IMG/VR virus record: IMGVR_UViG_3300045988_146228
From: a virus
Length of the DNA: 42,632 nucleotides
Direction: 5' to 3' (one strand)
The notes under the pieces were generated by a model that searched no databases, was not told the DNA's origin, and saw only the letters and a program-made list of their open reading frames with translations. Shown one piece after another: positions 25,755 through 32,181 of this stretch. The position numbers and the translations under genes were made by a program. Within the stretch, counting starts at the first letter, position 1. Each line of letters opens with the position of its first letter.

Positions 25755-28700
25755 GTGTATCAGTCAACAGCAGAATTCGGAAACCTGGTACAGCAGGATT
25801 CCCGAACATTTAAGTGTCTGCTTACTTATGACAAGGTATCGATCACAAAGGTTAAGAGCATCAAGCTCACCGGAGGATCTGAGGCAGAAGATGATTTTTC
25901 CCTGGGATCAACGATGTCGCAGTATATCGAGGTAACGATTCCAGATGGCAACCTCCTGATCGAGGGAAAAGAGATCCTCCTGCAGATCGGGATGGACGTG
26001 AACGGTCTGACAGAATACATCCCGATGGGATACTTTACCGTAGGGAAGCCAAAGAAAGCGGACGATCAGATCACATTCACAGCTTACGACCGTATGATGA
26101 ACACAGAGCGGACGTTTTTCATGGATGGCACAACCACAAATACAGTGGCAGTACTGAAGAAGATTGCGGATATCACAGGTGTTCCTGTAGTGACATCCGG
26201 ATTAACTGCGATATCCATAAAAGTGCCGAAAGGATATAGTTGCAGGGAAGTGCTTTCCTACGTGGCCCAGCTTTATGGGGCGTTTGCGGTTTGCATCCGT
26301 AGAGGTCAGATCGAGCTGCATACCTATGTGGATTCAGATTATAAGGTAAAGACGAGCCGGTACTGGGGAAATTTTGAACATAATGATTATGCTTTTGATG
26401 TTTCAAAATTTGTATGTTTTACGGGACAAGATAAAAATGGAAAAAGCATATCAATCTTTTCGGGATCCGGAGCAAGGTCCGTGTCTTTTTCCAATCCGTT
26501 CATGACACAAACAGTCCTCAATAATATCCTGGCATCTTTCAAAAATTTCTCCTATATGCCAGGTACATTGAAAATGCTGGGAGATCCCCGACTGGATCCT
26601 TGGGATATCCTGACCGTAACAGATCTGTCTGGAAACACATATAAGGTTCCTATCATGAAACTGGATTGGGAATACGATGGCGGTCTTACATATTTAGTTG
26701 AAGCTGTCGGCCTGTCAGAAGAAGAAACCAACGCAGATTATAAAGGACCGCAGACAAAAGAAATGGAACGGTATTACGCACAGTTGGTAATGATTGACAG
26801 GGCGATGATCAACAAGCTAGATGTAGATACCGCGAACATCACATACGCTACGATCAAAAATTTGAGTGTAGTGGAAGAGAATGTACAAAAAATAAATGGA
26901 GAGGTTGGTAACTTCAAGGAACTGACCGCTGCGAATTTTACAGCGGCCAACGCAAAGATTGATGTCCTGGATGGAAATTACGCAAATATCAAAGTACTGC
27001 TTTCCGGAGGCGCTGGCATCGGGGATCTGCAGAACATTCACCTGACCTCACAGAATGCGGTCATTGACTCAGCTTTGATTCGATCAGCCGTGATGCAGAC
27101 GGTATCCGTAGCAGATCTTCTTGCTAGCACGATTTCAACAAATAAATTCCTGATAGCTTCTGATGACGGAGGCATCCGGATACAAGGAGCGACACAGCAG
27201 TGGTCTGACGAAGATGGTACGATCCGGATGCAGGCAGGCCGGGATGCGAATGGAGATTTCACCTTCTCCCTGTTCGATAAGACCGGAAAAGGCATCCTGA
27301 TTGATGCAACAGGCGTTAAACCTGATGCAATTACAGATGGCCTGATCGTCAACAAAATGGTCGCAGATAACGCGGGGATTGCCGGTTCCAAGCTGGACAT
27401 CCCGTCTGTGGTATCAGCAATCAATGACAGCTCGCAGACTATCAAGAGCAGCCGGATCTGGTTCGATGAACAGAATCAGTCGTTGAATCAGACGTATAGC
27501 CAGTTGAATCAGAACGTGACAGAAATCCGTTCCACAGCCTCATCAGCGGCCAGTAAGGCAGATGCGGCAAATGAGACGGCAGGAGCTGCTTCGAAGACAG
27601 CACAGCAGGCTCTGTCCGTACTTTCTGGAATATCCATACTGGACGCCATTGGAGCCGCATTGAATAACGATGCACACGTGGTCCATACAAACACAGATGG
27701 CTCAGGCGGGGACTATAGCGACTGTTTCTCAAAAATGACGGTATATCTCGGAGATACTGACGTATCTGATGACAGCGTTTTCTCAGTATCTACATCTGCA
27801 GGTGTAACCGGACACTGGGACGATGCAAGCAGGACATACTATGTTACAGCCATGAGCGCTGATAATGGATATGTTGACATTGATGCGTTGTACGGTACAG
27901 GAGCAAGATACCTGACTACACGAAAGGGATTAAGGCTCACAACCAGATCCGGGAAATATATCCTCGTACAGTCTGGCGGAGCACACATCCGGAAGCGTTT
28001 CAGCATCAGCAAGGCGAAGGACGGAAAGATCGGCCTGTCTTATGATCTGCATAGCTCCACGCTTGCAGTTCGAAAGCAGAAAGACGGAAAGACATTGATA
28101 CCGGCATCTATCACTTTCTCAGCAACGCAGAATGACAATGGACTGGTCAGGAGCTATTCCGGAAGATACAGCATCCAGGAGACAGAGGATGGAACGACGT
28201 ATACTCTCAAATACGTCTCGACATCTGATGAAATCCAGAAAATCTATACGCCCTCAAGCGTGAACGTAAAAGCAGTCAGATGCACTCTCTTATCTGCAGG
28301 AGGGGTGTCCGAGTTGGACACACAGACAGTGATCATCATTGCTGATGCGGAAGGCCTGACAGATGATATCAAAAAAGCTCAAGGAACTGCAGATCAGGCA
28401 AAAGAAGCTATTGTGACAACAAACCAGAATGTAGCGAACATAGAGACGAGTATGGAAGGTTTCCGGACGGAGCTGTCTGAGACCACAACAGATCTCCACG
28501 GTCTGACGGATAACACATTGTTATACAACGTGAAATACCACGATAACGGCGATGGCACGACCACCCTGAATGCAGCAGTGTACAAGAACGGAACCGATGT
28601 TACAAAAACATACCCGGTCAGATGGTATACCTGGAACAGGAAGACGGAATCCGGAGAAATTTATCTCGGATATGGATACAGCATTACGGTCAACAACTCC

Positions 28701-28829
28701 GACTACGAGTTTGGCGGCGTGTGCGTGGGAATATTCGCTACATATGACACTTTGAACCTTACGACAAGATCTGGAAAACAGCTTACAACCAGATCCGGAA
28801 AACATATCACAATTTGGAGGGAAAAATAA
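25755..28829 (+). CDS. Large tail tip / baseplate (Tal-like) protein with coiled-coil and repeated LTTRSGK motifs
   Basis: GTG after AAGGAGG; 1024 aa; N-terminal tail-endopeptidase-like region; LTTRKGLRLTTRSGK and LTTRSGKQLTTRSGK. Confidence 0.8.
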   Translation: MYQSTAEFGNLVQQDSRTFKCLLTYDKVSITKVKSIKLTGGSEAEDDFSLGSTMSQYIEVTIPDGNLLIEGKEILLQIGMDVNGLTEYIPMGYFTVGKPKKADDQITFTAYDRMMNTERTFFMDGTTTNTVAVLKKIADITGVPVVTSGLTAISIKVPKGYSCREVLSYVAQLYGAFAVCIRRGQIELHTYVDSDYKVKTSRYWGNFEHNDYAFDVSKFVCFTGQDKNGKSISIFSGSGARSVSFSNPFMTQTVLNNILASFKNFSYMPGTLKMLGDPRLDPWDILTVTDLSGNTYKVPIMKLDWEYDGGLTYLVEAVGLSEEETNADYKGPQTKEMERYYAQLVMIDRAMINKLDVDTANITYATIKNLSVVEENVQKINGEVGNFKELTAANFTAANAKIDVLDGNYANIKVLLSGGAGIGDLQNIHLTSQNAVIDSALIRSAVMQTVSVADLLASTISTNKFLIASDDGGIRIQGATQQWSDEDGTIRMQAGRDANGDFTFSLFDKTGKGILIDATGVKPDAITDGLIVNKMVADNAGIAGSKLDIPSVVSAINDSSQTIKSSRIWFDEQNQSLNQTYSQLNQNVTEIRSTASSAASKADAANETAGAASKTAQQALSVLSGISILDAIGAALNNDAHVVHTNTDGSGGDYSDCFSKMTVYLGDTDVSDDSVFSVSTSAGVTGHWDDASRTYYVTAMSADNGYVDIDALYGTGARYLTTRKGLRLTTRSGKYILVQSGGAHIRKRFSISKAKDGKIGLSYDLHSSTLAVRKQKDGKTLIPASITFSATQNDNGLVRSYSGRYSIQETEDGTTYTLKYVSTSDEIQKIYTPSSVNVKAVRCTLLSAGGVSELDTQTVIIIADAEGLTDDIKKAQGTADQAKEAIVTTNQNVANIETSMEGFRTELSETTTDLHGLTDNTLLYNVKYHDNGDGTTTLNAAVYKNGTDVTKTYPVRWYTWNRKTESGEIYLGYGYSITVNNSDYEFGGVCVGIFATYDTLNLTTRSGKQLTTRSGKHITIWREK

Positions 28830-29284
28830 TGGCAGATCAGAATATAACAGCATTACCAGTATCAGCAACACCAGCATCATCAGACCAGTTACTGCTGGTA
28901 GGAGCGACCGAAGAGAAGCTGATTGACTATGACAAGCTCGCAGATGCGATACTCAATAAATTGACATCAAAAAACTTCAGTCTGGACCAGGGAACCATGC
29001 CTTTGGTAAGCGCTCTTAATCAATTAAATAGTAAGCCCTTTCTGAGGTACGAAAAAGCATTTGGCGAATCGCTTACTATCAAAAATGTACGTGCTGCCAC
29101 TCATGGATTAATCATAATCGAGAAAGCGATGGTTGTTTTCTACCTCGGAGGTTCTATCAATATTGGTTATACCGTGACCACATCAGCACTTCCGGACGGT
29201 ATCACTGTCAGCAATTCGGATAGGACCGTAACAATAAAATCGACAAAAACTCAGATGATCACATGCTTTTATGCTTTTTTATAA
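28829..29284 (+). CDS. Tail-fibre tip protein (151 aa): expression locus of the shufflon, constant aa 1-68 and variable aa 69-151
   Basis: GGAGGG RBS, ATG 28829 overlapping the upstream stop; fibre-type N-terminus MADQNITALPVSATPASSDQLLLVG; internal core AAATAGTAA at 29026-29034. Confidence 0.85.
   Translation: MADQNITALPVSATPASSDQLLLVGATEEKLIDYDKLADAILNKLTSKNFSLDQGTMPLVSALNQLNSKPFLRYEKAFGESLTIKNVRAATHGLIIIEKAMVVFYLGGSINIGYTVTTSALPDGITVSNSDRTVTIKSTKTQMITCFYAFL
29024..29038 (+). repeat. Shufflon crossover site A (TTAAATAGTAAGCCC) inside the expressed fibre gene
   Basis: The 9-nt core AAATAGTAA is shared with six inverted copies downstream and lies in phase AAT-AGT-AAx (Asn-Ser-x). Confidence 0.8.
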
Positions 29285-29301
29285 TTTTCCTCTTCCCATT
29301 T
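29283..29301 (+). repeat. Left copy of the perfect 19-bp inverted repeat AATTTTCCTCTTCCCATTT bracketing the recombinase gene
   Basis: Exact reverse complement found at 30492-30510. Confidence 0.9.
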
Positions 29302-29372
29302 AATTGGTTTGTGAACAGCGCACTTCTTATGGCAAAATAAAGGTAAAATAAAGTCATAGGAGGTGCACTTTT

Positions 29373-30371
29373 TTGACAAAAATCGAAATGATACAATCGA
29401 GAATAGTGGAGAGGATGCAGGATATACTCACAAACGAACAACTACAACATCTGGAGAACGTTCTGGCGATAGAATTTCATGGAGTTGAGGTTAGGGAAGA
29501 GTGTACGCAGCTGGTTACTTCGGAAATTCACTGGCAGAAGATACTTCGGACATTCATTGCATCGAAACGAATTGAGAACTGCAGTCAGGGAACTCTTGAG
29601 CGTTACAATGACTGTGTGACAAAGTTGGTCACCACGCTGAATAAGCGGCTGCAGGACGTCACTACAAATGACATTCGCTATTATCTGGCAATGTATCAAG
29701 AACAACGGAAGATTTCAATGAGCTACATGGATACAATCAGACGGTATCTAAGCAGCTTCTTCGCCTGGATATCGGATGAGGGCTATATCAGCCGGAATCC
29801 TATGCGGCGATTGCGAAAAATAAAAGTACCGCGGACAATCAAAAAGCCTTTCACACAGGCTGAAATGGAGCATCTGCGGTGTAACGCAGAGTGCCAGAGA
29901 GATATTGCAATCATGGCATTTCTGTACAGTACGGCGGCCAGAATCGGTGAAGTTGTAAGACTGAACCGGAAAGATATTGACTGGAGCAATAAAGAGGTGA
30001 TCATATACGGAGAAAAGGGCAAGAAAGAGAGAAGAGTGTATCTGACAGATGACTGTGCATATCACCTGCACAAGTATCTTTTGTCCAGGGATGATACGAA
30101 TCCGGCATTGTTCGTATCGAACAAACGTCCGCACACACGGCTGGGAAAGCAGGCTATTCAGTCCATGCTCCGCACTCTGGGGCAAAAGACAGAGATTCAT
30201 GCTCATCCGCACAAGTTTCGCAGGACCTTGCTCACGGATGCTGGAAACAGAGGAATCCCACTACAAGAAATCCAGATGTATGCGGGGCACCAGAAACCAG
30301 ATACGACAATGATGTACGTTACTGTCAGTGAAGAAAATGTCCGGGCATCGTTCAGACGATATATAGCCTGA
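29373..30371 (+). CDS. Tyrosine site-specific recombinase (XerC/D-Rci-like), candidate shufflon invertase
   Basis: AGGAGGTG RBS then TTG 29373; catalytic signature STAARIGEV (Arg), HPHKFRRT (HxxR), AGHQKPDTTMMYV (His, Tyr). Confidence 0.9.
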   Translation: MTKIEMIQSRIVERMQDILTNEQLQHLENVLAIEFHGVEVREECTQLVTSEIHWQKILRTFIASKRIENCSQGTLERYNDCVTKLVTTLNKRLQDVTTNDIRYYLAMYQEQRKISMSYMDTIRRYLSSFFAWISDEGYISRNPMRRLRKIKVPRTIKKPFTQAEMEHLRCNAECQRDIAIMAFLYSTAARIGEVVRLNRKDIDWSNKEVIIYGEKGKKERRVYLTDDCAYHLHKYLLSRDDTNPALFVSNKRPHTRLGKQAIQSMLRTLGQKTEIHAHPHKFRRTLLTDAGNRGIPLQEIQMYAGHQKPDTTMMYVTVSEENVRASFRRYIA

Positions 30372-30398
30372 ATTGTTCTAAAAAATATGATTTTTTGA

Positions 30399-30424
30399 AG
30401 CTGGCAGAAATGGCAGCTTTTTTG
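30399..30424 (+). terminator. Terminator after the recombinase gene
   Basis: AGCTGGCA-GAAA-TGGCAGCT (one mismatch) followed by TTTTTT. Confidence 0.6.
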
Positions 30425-30491
30425 CGATGTATGAAAATGTGCAAAGACAGGAGGGAAGACAAGAGAATAATCGGAGAGGCTGTTTTACACA

Positions 30492-30510
30492 AAATGGGAA
30501 GAGGAAAATT
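30492..30510 (-). repeat. Right copy (inverted) of the 19-bp repeat, 5 nt downstream of the cassette 1 stop
   Basis: AAATGGGAAGAGGAAAATT is the reverse complement of 29283-29301. Confidence 0.9.
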
Positions 30511-30515
30511 TCTTT

Positions 30516-30767
30516 TTATATGATAATCTCGAACGAATCATTTTTGTACCGAAATGCAGTGACGGTCGGCTTAAAATAGTCAACATATACGCCAATGGCA
30601 TCTCTTGATTCTGGAACGGACAATATGATCATATATGGGTGTCCTCCATTCGTTGTTGCCGCAAAGACGCTTGAACCTTGTATCATAATAGCTTCTTTCT
30701 CAGCGTTCATGGCACTGATAATATCGTCATACGCACGCCAGTTACGCTCTCTGAGCCGGTTACTATT
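30516..30767 (-). other. Silent fibre C-terminal cassette 1 (83 codons, NSNRLRERNWRAYDD...FEIII)
   Basis: Open frame in phase with the AAT-AGT of site S1; no own start or RBS at the junction; includes ORF 30516..30710. Confidence 0.75.
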
Positions 30768-30770
30768 TTA
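30756..30770 (-). repeat. Shufflon site S1 (TAAAATAGTAACCGG on the minus strand)
   Basis: Core at 30760-30768, inverted relative to site A. Confidence 0.8.
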
Positions 30771-31025
30771 TTGAGCATTAAAATACTTCCACTTACTCCA
30801 ATTCTCCGTTCCGCCTTTTCGACGAATTGCAATTCTATCTGCCGAAAATGAAAAAGCGATCATTGCATCAAAGTTACTGGAACCCAATTTCATTCGAATG
30901 ACTGTAACAGCATTGGCACCGCCAAGATTGTCGGGAAGATTGGTACTACCTGCCATGGCTGAAAAAATCATTTTTTCAGGAGGATTGTCCAGATCATATA
31001 TACCGCCAGCCGGCAGGTTACTATT
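30768..31025 (-). other. Silent cassette 2 (85 codons, NSNLPAGGIYDLDNPPEK...WSKWKYFNAQ)
   Basis: In phase with S2; its stop TAA is the left arm of S1; includes ORF 30768..30971. Confidence 0.75.
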
Positions 31026-31028
31026 TAA
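31014..31028 (-). repeat. Shufflon site S2 (TTAAATAGTAACCTG)
   Basis: Core at 31018-31026. Confidence 0.8.
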
Positions 31029-31317
31029 GCATCAGCATCTTAATGCCTCCCCATATGGTTTCGCTGGCGCTTATCGTCAATGTAGATGTGTCATCACTGT
31101 ATGTACCCGAAAAAGTCCTTTTTGCCACAAAGTCTGCAATTTTAATAAAATTTACTGTCCGTTTTTCCGATGCAACATCAACAAAGACAATGTACATAAA
31201 TCCATTATATCGTGAAGTCGCTCCGTACATGAGAAACGATGCATAGGTGTAAGTATTAAGCTCAATATTTACAGAAAATGTTGAAAGATTTCGAATATCA
31301 ATGAAGACATTACTATT
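31021..31317 (-). other. Silent cassette 3 (98 codons, NSNVFIDIRNLSTF...SETIWGGIKMLMLK)
   Basis: In phase with S3; its stop TAG lies inside the S2 core; includes ORF 31021..31230. Confidence 0.75.
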
Positions 31318-31320
31318 TAA
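31306..31320 (-). repeat. Shufflon site S3 (TTAAATAGTAATGTC)
   Basis: Core at 31310-31318. Confidence 0.8.
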
Positions 31321-31613
31321 CTTATAGTCACAGGATCAAAGCAGATTAAAAGTGCTGTGCTCCAGGGAATAAGTGTCACTTTCAATGTTGCCGAAGAAGT
31401 ATCAAGTACGGGTGGTGCTGCGTATTCAGATTTTTTTGATATTTCTGTCGCTCCCGTCTGCTTTCCTGTTATGTATAAAGAGGTAATGCAGTTGTTATCA
31501 ATTAGTAGAAACGAAGTCATATGATTGTTTACACTATTCCACTTTACGCTTACTGTTTTGGTAGAGCCATCACTATGTATAATATAACTATCGGCCTTGA
31601 ACCGCTTACTATT
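31317..31613 (-). other. Silent cassette 4 (98 codons, NSKRFKADSYIIHSDG...CFDPVTIS)
   Basis: In phase with S4; its stop TAA overlaps S3; includes ORF 31317..31520. Confidence 0.75.
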
Positions 31614-31616
31614 TTA
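31602..31616 (-). repeat. Shufflon site S4 (TAAAATAGTAAGCGG)
   Basis: Core at 31606-31614. Confidence 0.8.
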
Positions 31617-31863
31617 TGTAGAACACGACAATATCGAGTTCTGTATTTACCAATCGATCACCAGCATCGTTTTTTGCCACGACAAAAGCATACGTTTTGT
31701 ACGAATATAGTTCGGTGTGTATATTTCTACTCCCGGCAGAATCAAATATTTTTACGGCAATAATATTTTTTATAGACGATCCACTGATAAAATTATTTGT
31801 TGCAATTTCGCCTGTTTTACTTGTTGTTATTTTTCCAATGTAAACAGCAACACGGTTACTATT
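31609..31863 (-). other. Silent cassette 5 (84 codons, NSNRVAVYIGKITTSK...DIVVFYIK)
   Basis: In phase with S5; its stop TAG lies inside the S4 core; part of ORF 31609..31926. Confidence 0.75.
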
Positions 31864-31866
31864 TTG
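31852..31866 (-). repeat. Shufflon site S5 (CAAAATAGTAACCGT)
   Basis: Core at 31856-31864. Confidence 0.8.
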
Positions 31867-31868
31867 TT

Positions 31869-32153
31869 TTAAGACAATTGTATTTTTTTCCACTCGCCCC
31901 AAGTAGTAGATTTGGTTTTCATCCATATAGTTTCAGAGTAAGAAAAAAGCACAACAATTCCGTATTTGCTGCCGGATTTGCTTTGATATGCAAGTAGAAA
32001 TCCGCCTTTGCCATCCGGAGAACCTTGATCGATACTTACTGTGCTTTGTATTGTGAATAACCTAATTTCTCCATAGTCACATTTTATAAGTATATCTTCA
32101 GCAAGATCAGAAGCAGAAGTTATGTTTTCTGAGCTCCTGAGCCGGTTACTATT
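31869..32153 (-). other. Silent cassette 6 (94 codons, NSNRLRSSENITSASD...WGEWKKIQLS)
   Basis: In phase with S6; its stop lies 3 nt before the S5 site; part of ORF 31869..32162. Confidence 0.75.
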
Positions 32154-32156
32154 TAA
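32142..32156 (-). repeat. Shufflon site S6 (TTAAATAGTAACCGG)
   Basis: Core at 32146-32154; 10 nt from the RBS of the next fibre gene. Confidence 0.8.
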
Positions 32157-32181
32157 TCTCACAGAAAGGAGGTGAGAAAAA

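Noticed and set aside
31864-31926. The N-terminal extension of ORF 31609..31926 (MDENQIYYLGRVEKNTIVLKQ) reading through site S5, which suggests an independent gene
   Set aside because: The extension overlaps the end of cassette 6 in another frame and has no RBS. The other five cassettes have no such start. I treat it as incidental read-through.
30750-32160. Regularly spaced short repeats (every 250-300 bp) that could be mistaken for a CRISPR array
   Set aside because: The spacing is about ten times that of CRISPR spacers. The conserved repeat is only about 11 nt. The intervening segments are open reading frames in phase with the repeats. No cas genes are present. The pattern fits recombination sites that separate coding cassettes.
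28829-32160. A diversity-generating retroelement as the source of fibre variability
   Set aside because: There is no reverse transcriptase gene in the window. There is no template/variable repeat pair with adenine-specific differences. The variability is in discrete alternative cassettes.
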